A DNA stretch of 36,684 nt, taken from contig CAWBHS010000033.1 of assembly GCA_963788655.1 (NCBI GenBank), positions 1 to 36,684 on the forward strand, read 5' to 3'. The DNA comes from an uncultured Verrucomicrobiae bacterium (GTDB lineage: Bacteria > Verrucomicrobiota > Verrucomicrobiia > Limisphaerales > JAFGQR01). Made by a program: the position numbers and the translations under genes. This document shows, piece after piece, positions 1 through 11,627 of the stretch; position 1 is the stretch's first letter, and every line of letters starts with the position of its first letter. The notes below the pieces were generated by a model. It saw only the letters and a list, made by a program, of their open reading frames with translations, ran no database searches and was not told where the DNA came from.

Positions 1-32
1 GTTTTCATTCCACCAGCATCCGATTGTCTTTC

Positions 33-131
33 GCCCTTTCAGGGCTTGAATTCATTTTGTTCGTTGACCCAGGGCGGCGCTCGTTTCACTTCGCTTGCCC
101 TGGGCTATCATCTTTCGGGCTTTCAGCCCTT
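33..131. repeat. REP-like multi-hairpin palindromic element
   Basis: Hairpins GCCCTTTCAGGGC, CCCAGGGC(68-75)/GCCCTGGG(97-104) and GGGCTTTCAGCCC just downstream of the hen1 stop. Confidence 0.6.
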
Positions 132-156
132 TCGCTTTGATTGATGCGAGACTGGA

Positions 157-1661
157 TTAACTCTTTCTCTCAAACCGCCCCATCTGCGTCGGCGAACCAA
201 CCGCCAAATATTCCGGGCCGACGGGCAGGAAGCGCACGCCATAGCCAAAGCGCGCGGCGACGCCGTTCGCCCAAGTCTGAAATTCCGCGCGCGTCCACTC
301 GAAGCGATGGTCGCGATGACGAAACTTGCCGGCGGGCAGTGTTTCCCATTTCACGTTGTATTCGCGGTTGGGCGTCGTGATGACGATGTGCTTGGGTTTG
401 GCGCACTCGAACAGCACACGCTCGAAAGCGGCCAGACGCGCGGCGTCAAGGTGTTCGATGACTTCCACCACGGCGGCGGCATCGAAGCCGGCGAGACGTT
501 GGTCGCGGTAAATGAGCGAGCCATGCAGGAAGCGCAGACGTTCTTTCTGAACGGGCGGGAGGCGGTCGTAGTGCAATCGGTCATGGGCGATTTCGAGCGC
601 GCGATGCGACACGTCCATGCCGACGATTTCAGTGAACTGCTTTTCCTTCAGCAAAGCCTGGAGCAATCTCCCTTCACCACAGCCCAAGTCCAAGACGCGC
701 GCCGCGCCGGTGCTTTTCAACGCGGCCAGCACCGAGCCAAGACGCTGTTCGTTGAGGTGAAATGCCCTCGGTTGATGTAGCAGCGGACGTGAGTCGACGC
801 TCTCGCACTTCGGTGGTTGCGGAGAGAGTTTGAGCCGCGTCACGTCGGCTGCTACGAAGTGATGCTTCCAACGCGGCTTCTTCCGCGTCGCGCGTTTCGG
901 CAGCGGCATCTGGATTGGGTTCGCCTTCATCCGCAAGCTGCGCCAGTGCATCGTCCACCAAGCTGCGTTGGTGTTTCAGATATCGGCGCGTGATAGTCTC
1001 GCGCTCGGGGTGCGTCGCCAGCCAGCCTTCGCCATGACGCAAAAGTTTTTCCACTTCGTCATCGCCAACCCAATAGTGCTTATCGTTGTCCAGCACCGGA
1101 ACGAGCACGTAAAGATGCGACAGAAGCTGTTGCAGCGGCAGTCGCGCATCCAGTTCGACATGGAAATACGTGCTTTCTCCCCAGTCGGGAAACTTCTCAT
1201 CCAGAGGCAACCGCCGCGCGGAGACAGTGTAGCCAAGCGGCTCGAACATTTTTCGCAAAAAATCCTCGCCACCACGACATGGCAGTGCGGAAAACATCAC
1301 ACGTAGCGGAATTGGCGTGTCCACAAGTTCGGGACGCTCCTTGCTTTTGCCGGAGAGCGCGCTGCCAAAAACTTCAGCAATCGCGACACTCAAAAACGAG
1401 GAGGCTGCATATGGCCGGTCGTTGACGTATTGCGCCAATGCGCCGCCTTCGCCGCGATGGCCCGCGCCGATTTCGCACCAGTCCAACCGGATCAACCTCG
1501 ACGAGCAGGGCAACCGTGCATCGCTCCGCCGTGGCTTCGGGATAAAACACATGGGCTTTGCCAAACGAAAGACTGAACGACTGTGGCCGCGCCGGATTCT
1601 TGCGGAGCAAAAAGCCGATGTCCGTCGCCGACTCATGTGTCGTCGTCAATGTCAGCAGCAT
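157..1661 (-). CDS. hen1: 3'-terminal RNA ribose 2'-O-methyltransferase Hen1 (two apparent +1 frameshifts, ~1454 and ~757)
   Basis: N-terminus MLLTLTTTHESATDIGFLLRKNP; middle QYVNDRPY, LYVLVPVLDNDKHYWVGDDEVEKLLRHGEGWL; C-terminal MTase VLDLGCGEG, EVIEHL, TTPNREYN, RHRDHRFEWTR, spread over three frames. Confidence 0.9.
777..855. repeat. GTAG-type REP doublet inside the hen1 coding sequence
   Basis: GTAGCAGCGGACGTGA (777-792) / TCACGTCGGCTGCTAC (840-855), 15/16 inverted match; same family as intergenic copy 22328-22399. Confidence 0.85.
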
Positions 1662-1860
1662 GACAGAGGCTACTGATTCGCGAAGCCATTGGCCATTCTG
1701 AATCCAGACTGTGCCGCCCTTCCTCGTTTGCTTCTGTTCAAGTCCGACGCCACCGCACTTTCGAGCAAGATCACAACCGGTCTGGCAAGACCCCGTGCGA
1801 CAGCCGGGCGCGTGTGGAATAAAGTCGTTGCTACATTTGACGGAAAGAAAGGATTCAAAC

Positions 1861-2298
1861 ATGGAAAACATCCAAGGCAAAGTCGTTGTCATCACCGGAG
1901 CCAGCAGCGGAATGGGCGAAGCGACAGCCCGGCATCTTTCCGCGCAAGGCGCAACCGTTGTGCTCGGGGCACGGCGGGTTGAACGCATTCAATCATTGGC
2001 TGCCGAAATGGAGTCAAACGGCGGCCAGGCGCTTGCCGTCGACACGGACGTGACGCATCGCGACCAGGTGCAAAAACTGGTGGATGCTGCCGTGCAACAG
2101 TTCGGTCGCATGGACGTGATGCTGAACAATGCCGGCATCATGCCGCTTGCACCGGTTGAGCGCCTGAACGTCGAGGACTGGGAACGCACCCTCGATGTGA
2201 ACGTCAAGGGCGTGCTGTATGGCATCGCCGCCGCGCTGCCGCACATGCCGCGGCAAAAAGCCGGCCACTTCATCAATATCTCCTCGGTCGCCGGTCAC
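1861..2298 (+). pseudogene. 3'-truncated short-chain dehydrogenase/reductase
   Basis: [28 protein letters not shown] then similarity stops before YxxxK; the frame continues antisense into the helicase gene. Confidence 0.8.
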
Positions 2299-2349
2299 CG
2301 TCGCAACCGAATTGTCCATTCCCTCAAGCGTTCCTGTTCGAAGAACCTT

Positions 2350-4824
2350 TCAATTGGAAGCTTTCCAAAAGCTGTCGAGCGCATCGGCAATGTCACGGGC
2401 GCTCCGCACTCGCACCGGCCGCCACCAACCGGGAAACAGCCGCCGATAACGCTGTTCGACAAATCGCGTGTCGATCAACATGACTACCCCTCGGTCCATT
2501 TCGGAGCGAATCACGCGGCCCGTGGCTTGCAGTACGCGGTTCATGCCGGGGAAGGTGTAGGCATAGTCAAATCCCGCCCCAAGCTTGGCGCGGAAATAAT
2601 CGCGGATCAGGTCGCGCTCGACACACAATTGCGGCAGCCCCACGCCCACGATGATGGCGCCAATCAAGCGGTCGCCCACCAGGTCAATGCCTTCACCGAA
2701 AATACCGCCCATGACCGCAAAGCCGACCAGCGCTTCCCCATGTTCCACCCCAAAGGCTGCGAGGAAGGATTCCCGTTCCGGCTCGGACATGCCCGGTTGC
2801 TGCACGCGGAGCGGAATCATCGGGTAACGCCGGCTGAATTCTTCCTGCACCACGCGCAGATATTGGTAGGAAGGAAGGTAAACCAGATAATTGCCGCGCC
2901 GCCCCTGCACGAGCGCGCCGATGGCCTGGGCCACGTCCACCCGTGTTTCCGCTCGCGCTTTGAAGTGCGTGCGAATTCGATCCTGCACCAGCACCGCCAG
3001 ATGTTCCGGCGGGAATGGCGACGGCAACTGCAACCGCGGATCTTCCGGGCTTCCGCCGAGCAACGTGCAGTAATAATCGATCGGCGTGAACGTAGCCGTG
3101 AAAAATACCGTCGCCTTGCCCCGAGCCAATGCCTGGCGCAGCAGGAACGACGGATCCGCGCAGAACAATCGCACCCGCGCCGAAGGCCCGCCTTCAATGA
3201 TCGTCACGTAGCGTTCATCGTAAAGTTCTGCCGTGCGCTGGAAGGACTGCAGGCGAAAGTAGAGCTGCAACAAGTCTTCACGAAATTCAGCCGGCTGATT
3301 TCGCGCCAGCCAGACTTCCGCTTCCTTGAGCGCCTGGTTTAGCAACGGTGTCAGATGGACTGGGAATTCCCGACTGGTGATAATTCCCCCGGTTTGATTG
3401 TGGATTTCGAATCGTTCCCCCGCGGTCAGTGCGGCCGGGTGCGGCGTTGTGTCCGTCGATCCGGGCGAAAACAAATCCAGTTCGACCGGGGAGTCCGTTG
3501 GCTCCGCAGTTGAGTCCGGTTGCTCTGTCGATCCATCGAGCTTGCGCAGCGCCGCGCTCAAACGCGAAAGGGTTTTGGCGCAACGTGGCAAGGCAGTTCG
3601 AATCGCGCGCCGCACGTCGAGAATTTCCGGACGCTCCAGCTCGGCCGAAAACATTTCCCGGGCGCGGTCCACCAGGTTGTGCGCTTCGTCCACGAGAAAA
3701 CCGTAATCGCCCGCCGCCTCGGCAAAGTGCCGGCGCAAATAGACCTTGGGATCAAAGACGTAGTTATAATCACAAATGACCGCGTCCACCCACGACGACA
3801 AATCAAGCGAAAGCTCGAAGGGACAAACCTGGTGCGCCTGGCTGACCGCTTCGAGGACGGGCCGGGTAATGGCCTCATGCGCCAAGGCCGCACGCATAGC
3901 CGGCCGGCGGCGGTCGTAGTAGCCTCGGGCCAACGGACACGTCAGCGGGTCGCAAGGTTGGCCGGACTGGACACAAATCTTTTCCTTGGCGGTCAAGGTT
4001 AACGTGTGCAGCCGCAAACCGGCGGTGCGCATATCGGTGAAGGCCTTCTCCGCGACCGCCCGCCCCACCGTCCGGGCCGTCAGGTAGAAGATGCGCTCCA
4101 GTTTTCCTTCGGCCATTGCTTTCACCGCGGGGAACAGAACCGAAATTGTTTTCCCGATGCCGGTGGGAGCTTCGAGGAACAAGCGCCCACCCCGGGCCAA
4201 GGTCCGGTAAGCGGCCACGGCCAATTCTCGCTGGCCGGGCCGGTAATGGGGGAACGGAAAATCCAAAGCCCGAATGGACTTGTCTCGCCGTTGGCACCAG
4301 TGGAATCGTTCGCGAAGCCAGCCCAGGTAGGTCGCCGAAGCTTCGGCAAAAAAGGCGGAGAGATCAGTCACCGTGAAGTCTTCGCGAAACTCGGTCAATT
4401 CACTCGTGTCCAAGTCAAGATACGTTAATTGGAGAGTGACTTTTTCCAAGCCGTGCTCGCGGGCATGCATGAAACCGTAACACTTGGCTTGCGCCCAATG
4501 GAGCGGGTCGGCCACGCGGTTCCAACGGCCCTGAACAGTTTTTATTTCCTCGATCAACACCGTGTCGTCAGTGGCCAACAATCCGTCGATGCGGCCCTGG
4601 ATTCGCAACACAAATTGGTCGTCCTCCAACTCATGACGCAACGGCACTTCCTTTTGGTACCCGGCAGGTCGTGATCGTTGAAGGCGTTGATGACCGCGCG
4701 TCCCGGCCAGAGCGCGTCCCGGCCCCACGAAATCGCGTTCACTGCCGAGATCGCCGCGTTTCAACGCGAACTCGACCAACTCGCGCACCTGGACCGTAAA
4801 GACGGGTTTTGGATTTGCTGCCAC
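2350..4824 (-). CDS. DinG/Rad3-family Fe-S DNA helicase with N-terminal PD-(D/E)XK-like nuclease domain
   Basis: IQGRIDG..IEEIKT..QAKCY nuclease motifs; APTGIGKT, Cys cluster (KIC..C..C..CPFE), [21 protein letters not shown] start at 4824 inferred. Confidence 0.9.
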   Translation of the reverse strand: MAANPKPVFTVQVRELVEFALKRGDLGSERDFVGPGRALAGTRGHQRLQRSRPAGYQKEVPLRHELEDDQFVLRIQGRIDGLLATDDTVLIEEIKTVQGRWNRVADPLHWAQAKCYGFMHAREHGLEKVTLQLTYLDLDTSELTEFREDFTVTDLSAFFAEASATYLGWLRERFHWCQRRDKSIRALDFPFPHYRPGQRELAVAAYRTLARGGRLFLEAPTGIGKTISVLFPAVKAMAEGKLERIFYLTARTVGRAVAEKAFTDMRTAGLRLHTLTLTAKEKICVQSGQPCDPLTCPLARGYYDRRRPAMRAALAHEAITRPVLEAVSQAHQVCPFELSLDLSSWVDAVICDYNYVFDPKVYLRRHFAEAAGDYGFLVDEAHNLVDRAREMFSAELERPEILDVRRAIRTALPRCAKTLSRLSAALRKLDGSTEQPDSTAEPTDSPVELDLFSPGSTDTTPHPAALTAGERFEIHNQTGGIITSREFPVHLTPLLNQALKEAEVWLARNQPAEFREDLLQLYFRLQSFQRTAELYDERYVTIIEGGPSARVRLFCADPSFLLRQALARGKATVFFTATFTPIDYYCTLLGGSPEDPRLQLPSPFPPEHLAVLVQDRIRTHFKARAETRVDVAQAIGALVQGRRGNYLVYLPSYQYLRVVQEEFSRRYPMIPLRVQQPGMSEPERESFLAAFGVEHGEALVGFAVMGGIFGEGIDLVGDRLIGAIIVGVGLPQLCVERDLIRDYFRAKLGAGFDYAYTFPGMNRVLQATGRVIRSEMDRGVVMLIDTRFVEQRYRRLFPGWWRPVRVRSARDIADALDSFWKASN

Positions 4825-4889
4825 TGGCCAATTCTCAAGGCCCAACCATCCAGCGGCAACAGAATTGTGGAAAGCGAGGCGCAACCTGC

Positions 4890-5006
4890 AGCGTGCTGCC
4901 GGCGTCCCGCCGGCAGAAGCGAACGGAAACGACGCGTTTGAAGCACGGTTTCAGTTCGCAGCAATTCTCTGCATCCGCTCTGCCGGCAGGATGCCGGCAG
5001 CACGTT
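4890..5006. repeat. REP doublet, CGTGCTGCCGGC family
   Basis: AGCGTGCTGCCGGCGTCCCGCCGGCAGA ... TCTGCCGGCAGGATGCCGGCAGCACGTT inverted arms; same arms as the 11628-12253 array. Confidence 0.85.
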
Positions 5007-5030
5007 GTGTCGCCGGCTGCCGACGATGGT

Positions 5031-6680
5031 TCACTCGCCCGAACTGAGGCCCCACAGCTTTTCCACCAGCTTGAAGCCAACCGGATCATACGTCTTTAAC
5101 TCCTCGCGATTGAAAGGATAATAGTTACAGCCCACAAAATAGGCGCAAGAAAGCTCAGCGAAATACTCGAGGTGATTTTGCACGGCGTAAGCTTTTTCCA
5201 GTGTCTTGCCCTTGTCATCCTTAACGTGGCAATACAAGCCGAGGGTCTTCGCATGGTCCCAGGCCTCGTACATGTCGGCCCGGGTCCTCCGGCCATTGCT
5301 CCAGATGGTGCGCGTGGGCGAACTCGTGCAACAGGGCCTTCAACGCCCAGAAATCGGAAATCCAGACGTAGTTGGCCGCCGAATAAATCACAATGCTGCT
5401 GGCCATGCGCGGATCAAGGTAGTCGAAGTGTTGCGGCGCAGATTTCTGAAAATATTCCAGGCCGTTATCGCGTCCGCCATTCGTCGAGGCGACGCCGTAC
5501 ATCACAAAAACCGGGAGCCGCTGTAAACGCGGGCGAACTGGAGCCGGCAGCACGCGGATGGCTTCGCCCAACTTTCGGCCGAGCCGCTCCAGCGCCCGCG
5601 TCGCCAAGTCCGGATCTTTGACGGCCAATTCCTTCTCGACCAGCACGGCCCATTGCCGCACGTGATTGGTTTCATACTCACGCGGTGGATGATTGAAATC
5701 CACGGGTACCTGTTCGAGCGCGGGCGCCGTCTGGTGCGGTTGTTCCTTCGTTGGTGCCGGGGCCCCCCAGAGTTTAGCCAGTAGCGCAAACATGGTCGGG
5801 GTCATGCTCCTTCAATTCGGCGCGAATGAACGGGAAAAAGTCGTTCGTGCCGAAGAACGCTTCGGTGTTTTCAGCGAAGTACTCCTGGGGGTTGCTCAAC
5901 GCATACGCGCGGTCCAACCGAACCCGGCCTTGGGCGTCCCGTCGTTCGACGCGATCATACGTGCCCCCGTCTTTGGCGTGTTCGAATGCCGCCTGAATCT
6001 CCGGTTGGTCATAACCCAACACGCGATGGTGGTACGCGTGCGCCAGTTCGTGCAGGGCCATCATCGGCATGCGCCGGCATTCCGGTTCGAAGATGCGGAC
6101 ATTGGTGAACTCGACACCTTTCGCCATCGCCGGGTCGCGTCCGTGCCCACGCAACCATCCCGCATCCGGATGATACTCTGCACGCGGCGGCACGCCTGGA
6201 TACTCCGGGGAAATCCACAGCGGCACTTTTTGAAGCTGAGTCACAGCCGCAGTCGGCACCATCCGAACGATTGCCTCAAGCTGTGCTTTCAGCAGTGCGA
6301 GGGCGCGCGTGGTCGCGGCAACATTGGTTTCGAGCAACTTCTTGCTGACATGTACTGTCCAGCCGGCAAGGTTGCGGGTTTCGCTGGGAACCTCATGGTC
6401 GCGCGTCAGTTCCAGAACATGGAAGAGGATCATCGGCGCAATCGCTGCGGCCGGCCGGCCGGACAGGCGGCCAAACCCTCCTGTGACCAACGGCAGCACT
6501 CGGTTGGACCCAGCTTCACAACGATAGGCTCCCGCGGGGAGGGCCATGTAAAGATCAAGTTTCTGCGAATTCGACGGTACCGAAGCGGTGCGGGAGGCTG
6601 CTGGCGCCGGGCTGGCCGTGGCGCTGGCCACAAAGACCAGCGTAAATCAATATGTTCCCAAGGCTATGGCGATTCATCAT
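5031..6680 (-). CDS. Secreted zinc metallopeptidase with two tandem zincin (HExxH..E) domains (three apparent +1 frameshifts, ~6645, ~5798, ~5283)
   Basis: Reconstructed signal peptide MMNRHSLGNILITLVFVASATA; LHELAHAYH..NPQEYFAE..FPFIRAELKEHDP and LHEFAHAHH..NHLEYFAE..YPFNREELKTYDP. Confidence 0.75.
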
Positions 6681-7067
6681 GGCCAATATTGCAAGTCAAG
6701 CAAGGGCTGAGTCGTAAGTGCGCTGCTCACAATGCCTCGGATACCAGTAAGAAATCAATACCACCGGCTGTTTAGTTGCTGCCGCGGTAAACTGAATTAT
6801 GGCCGACAGGCAGCCGCCAAAATGGCCAAGCAGAATCGATTCAGTCCCCCGTAGCCGCCGCCGTGAGTTGGCGCTGATGCTAACGAAAGGATATGCCAAA
6901 GGCACTGCTGCCAATCGGTTGCCTCGATGGTGACCGCAAAATGGCCTGGCGAGGCGGCAATTTCTCTCATCAATCAGCGCGGACTCACACCCGCGGCAGC
7001 TATTGAATCCACACGGCTAAGCCGTATCAATTCAGTGGCTGGTGCTGCGATGAGGCAGTTCGGCGTG

Positions 7068-7200
7068 GTAGGACAGGCGTCTCGCCTGTCTCGAATAGCC
7101 CAAGGCATCCTCACCGTTTGGTGACATAGAGACACTCGCGGCGCCGTGATACAAGTTGTTGGTTTGCACTCGTTCGGGACCGGCGGGACGCCTGTCCTAC
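7068..7200. repeat. GTAG-type REP doublet
   Basis: GTAGGACAGGCGTCTCGCCTGTC ... GACCGGCGGGACGCCTGTCCTAC inverted arms, each itself a hairpin. Confidence 0.85.
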
Positions 7201-7213
7201 TGAATAGTCACGG

Positions 7214-10200
7214 CTAAAGGGCGTGGAAGCGGTAGAACGCCATGTTGGAAGGCGGATTGGAATCGATGAAATCCACCACGCCGCCCGCGCCGACGGTCAC
7301 GGTCCCGATGACCTGCCAGGGGCTGGGATCGTCCAGGATGGTCGTTCGTTGTACATCATAATCCCCGGCGGTCGCCGCTTTGAAGCGCAACAAATATCCC
7401 CCGTTGTTAGTGCGGAACACCTGTACTTCTCCCGAGCCCGGTTCGGTGCTGGATTGGACGGTAACGTCCACGCTGGTGGTCGAGAAACCGCCGCGCCCAT
7501 CTTTGATGGTGTAGAAGAACTCGTCGGTGCCCACAAAGATTGGTGGTGGGGTATAGGTGACCTGGCCAGGTTGCAAGAGGATGCGGCCGCCTTGATCGCT
7601 GGGGCTGCTCACGGATACCACCGAAATGGGATCACTGTCCGGATCGGAATCGTTCACCAATAGCGTGCCCACGGGGATCACGAGCGGAGTATCGAGTTCC
7701 GCCGTGACGGCGTCCGGCAACGCAATCGGCGGTCGATTAACTACCAATTCAGCCGTCTGGCTGCTGACTGTCCCGGCCGCGTTGCCCACGTCCACCGAGT
7801 AGTTGCCCGCGTTGGCAAGATTGAGATCGGAGATGATCAGCGAGGCGTCGTTGGCCCCGGTGATGGGATTGGACATAAAGTACCATTGATAGGTGGGCGT
7901 TTGACACGACACGACCTGTACCGTGAATGTCGTGGTGGTGCCGACGTTGTTTGTGCGGCTCTTGGGTTGTTTCACAATCACCGGCGGCAACGACGCAATG
8001 TCCACGAAGGTGAAGACTTGGGTGCATTCGCTGGCATTGTTGTTGGCGTCCGTCGCTCGATAGGTACGGGTGACGATGCGCGGATTGGTGCCGCTTTCAA
8101 CATCCCCCACGAATTGCACCGCTGGATTGGAATCGCACGTATCCAGCACCGCGACGCTGCCGAGATTGGGCGACGGCACCATCACGTCGCAATTCAGGGT
8201 CATTCCGGCCGGGCAGGTGATCACGGGCGGCGTGGTATCCACCGTGGTAACTTTCTGGCGGCAGGTGGAGGTGTTGCCGCACAAGTCAGTCCCCACCCAC
8301 GTGCGCGTGGCTTCGATCGTTCCTCCGGTCAGCATATTGGTCGTAGTACTGAAAACACCCACCGTGACCCGTTCGGCAGCCGCCCGGAACAACGCCGCAA
8401 AATCCATCGGCCCGGCGGGATTGGTCTTTGAGACGCCAGACGGAGCCGTCGTTTTCCCAATAATCCGGGAAGTTGGCGCCCACAATCGGTGGCGAGAACA
8501 AGTCAATGCCGGCCGCATCGCCCTCGTCCAGGCCGCTGAATTGCACGGTCCAGGTAAACGAATCCGGCAGGGCGACGAGCAGGGGCACTGCCGCCTCGGA
8601 AGCAAAGTCTTCGATGGTCACGGTTGATCGGGTCGTCGTTGGCAACGAAAAATTGCCGCTGTCGTACAAGAGCGTGTGCGGCGTGGGATAACCGTTGAAG
8701 TCGGCCCCGTCGTTCCTGTAGAACCGTACGCGCGCCTGGACATTGCCGACGAAGTCCACCTGGTTGCTGTTCAGACCCCAGTATTCGAACACGAATTCGC
8801 TGGCATATCGGGCGGCGCTCGCGTCGAGGATAATTTCATCACCAATCTCCAAGGCGCCTGGGTTGAAGCGGATGCTCAGGTCGGTTTCGGCGTTGTCATA
8901 AACGAGCGAATCAAAGATACATTCATCACTGGCGGCGGGAGGATTGAACGCCCACGGGGTGCCGCACTCCACGGTTTTGTCCGCGGCACAGTGCAAGACC
9001 GGCGGGGTCGTGTCCACTACCGTTACGGTTTGGCTGCACGTGCTGGTGTGGCCGCATAAATCGGTGGCCAGCCAAGTGCGAGTGGCCTCCAGGGTGCTTG
9101 CCACAGTTATGATTGGTCGAGGTGCTGAGCACCGTGACGGTTACGTCCTCCTGGGCCGCGATGACTTGGGCGGCAAAATCCACGGACACCACCGGGTTGG
9201 TCTTCAGCGTCCATCCGGCCGGATCATGCTCCCAGTAATCCGTGTAATCCAGGCCTAGCGTGGCCGGTGAGAATAAATCCACACCCGCCGCGTCGCCATC
9301 ATCCAAGCCGCTGAATTGCACCGTCCAAGTGAAACTGTCCGGCACCGGACTGACCAACGGCACGGTAGCATCGGTAACGAAGTTGTCGATGGTTAGCGTC
9401 GAACGCGTTGTGGTATCCACACCGAACAGCCCGCTGTCATACAATACCGTACCCGGGGTCGCGTAACCGTTATACGGATCTCCGTCATTCGCATAAAATC
9501 GTACCCGGGCTTTCACGTTGCCTGCGAATTGCACCTGGTTGCTGTTCAGCCCCCAGTACTCGAAGACAAATTCCTTCAGGTGCCGGGCGGTACCGGCGAG
9601 CACGATTTCGTCTCCTACCTCAACTTCGAAGGGATTAAAGCGATAGGCGAGATCGTTGCTTGCATTATTGAACACCAAAGAACTGAAGACGCATTCATCG
9701 GTGGCGTACGGCGGATCAAAGTCCCATGGGGTGCCACACTCGACGGTTTTGTTGGCAGCGCATTCCAGCGTCGGTGGCTTGGTGTCCACGACCTCCACGG
9801 TTTGCGTGCAGATCACTGAATGGTTGCCACTGGAATCCACGGCCTGCCAGGCGCGTTGGGCCGTAAACGTTTCACCGCAGCCAAAGTTGTTCGTCAGGGT
9901 GTCCACCACAGCGACGGTCACGGCTTCGCCGCTATTATCCGTCGCCATTGGCGGATCAAATGTCCAAGCGGTGCCACATTCGACCGATTTGTCGCCCGCA
10001 CAATCCAGATTAGGAGCAGTGGTATCCGTAACAGTCAGCACGGCCGGAGCACTGGTCACCGAGCCCCCGGCGTTGGAAGCGATGAACCGGTACGAACCGG
10101 CCTGGGAGAGCATGACACTGTTCAGGATAAGCGTGTCAGTCGTTTCGTCGGGTAAATCGGTTTCATCAACCTGCCACTGATATTGGACGTCGCTGCCCGA

Positions 10201-11035
10201 GGCGGCGCCCGTAAAGGTGGCGGTGGCGCCGGCTTCAATCGAAAGGCTGGTGGGGTCCAAGGTGATCTCCGGCGGAATCGGCAGGTTGAGCACCAGGTTG
10301 GTCCCGTTCAAACCATAGTGGTAAATATCGTTGACTTCCGTCGGCGGTCAGCGCGCGGTTCCAGATGCCCAGATCGTCAATATCCGCGCGTCCCGCGTGC
10401 CGGCCGGGACCACTGGCGCCCAACAGCGTGTTGAAGCTGGGGGTGGGAGTCAGCGGACTGTCGCTATCATTCGAAAGTTTTTTGTCCGAATCGGGACTGC
10501 CATCCAAATACACGTATCCACGGTTGGCATCGCGATCAAACACCATCGTGACCAAGTGCCAGTTGCCATCGAGCACAGGTGGGTGCAGATCGACATTTTG
10601 CTTCGATCCCGCCACGGTGTTCCAATTGACGTTCTGCCCGTTGTGCGTGGTTAAAGCCCAGCCGAAATTATCGTCGTCGGACCAGTTTTTATTTCCCAGA
10701 ACGGCGTCATCGTCGTTATTGAACATCCGCACCCAGAGCGAAACGCTGAAGCTGTTCGAATAAATCTGTTCCAAGTCGCCCAGGGAGACCGCCCAATCGC
10801 TGGGAGTGGAACTGGAACTGCCATCGTTGTTGAAACGGGCCGCCAGGCCCAGGATGCCGGTCGTGTAACGAGGGGTTCCGGCGAACACCGAGCCCGCATT
10901 GGTGGTGCTGTATTGGGCGTCCAGATTACCATCTAAACCAAGGCACACTACCAAGCCGCTGGAGAAGCTCTGAGCATAAACTGTGGTTGCCAGACTTGCG
11001 ATTGCAATTCCGAGGTATGTTTTCAAGATTCGCAT
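7214..11035 (-). CDS. Large secreted/surface protein: LamG-like, Ig-like, HYR-like repeats, cadherin-like/Big_9 domain (three apparent +1 frameshifts, ~10338, ~9100, ~8427)
   Basis: AAGGA SD and signal peptide MRILKTYLGIAIASLATTVYA; DGNWHLV..IDDLGIWNRALT (LamG); YQW..AGSY (Ig); DTTPP.L.C repeats; NRPP..LLVNDSDPD..YTP..F.YTI.DG; four ORFs join by removing single bases. Confidence 0.8.
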
Positions 11036-11627
11036 ATTCGTTTCCTTTTGAATCATAGAATGAAAGTAATCCGGCTGGTCCCGGCCAAAGGACCTCCCTC
11101 CCGAGCGTTCAGCGCTCCCTTACCGCCTTACTTCTCTTCATTTTTACAATAAAATGTCACCCGCGATTCCTTCACTCACCCGCATCCATGCGACTGCGGT
11201 TGTCAAAGTAGTATCACCCCTCCATCCTGGCGGGAGAGACAGCGTCTTTGTAAACATAGCCGTCCATAACTACTGCACGTTGCCTACGGTGGGCAGTTCA
11301 TAACAGCATCTCCCCGAAAACTCAAGTCATTATTGTCCCAATTTTACTACCCGGCCGGCAGAACTGGGCGCCTCCCGAAACCGGTGGCCTTGGCAAACGT
11401 GACCACCTCGTGCGGTTGCAGTCATGCCCCAGGTTGGCCTATCGCTGCGTGACTTCTTGCAGGATAGCGATCTAGCGATGGCTCGGCTTTTGCTTGGGCC
11501 ACCCGGGATGGATTGCTGCGTCGCTTGGCGGACCTCACACCACTTCGGCATCACGCATTCGGCATCTGGCCAACATTCGCTTTCCCCGGTCCCAAACCAC
11601 CGCCAAGATGTCAACAGCACGCTGCCT

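Noticed and set aside
1711..3342. 543-aa SDR fusion protein
   Set aside because: Only 1861-2298 is SDR; the rest is helicase antisense
6885..6905. Sigma54 promoter on the minus strand (TTGGCATATCCTTTCG)
   Set aside because: The -12 GC is absent at the required spacing
7214..11035. Programmed frameshifting or phase variation in the surface protein
   Set aside because: Shifts are in runs of only 2-3 bases with no slippery heptamers, and the same pattern affects unrelated genes
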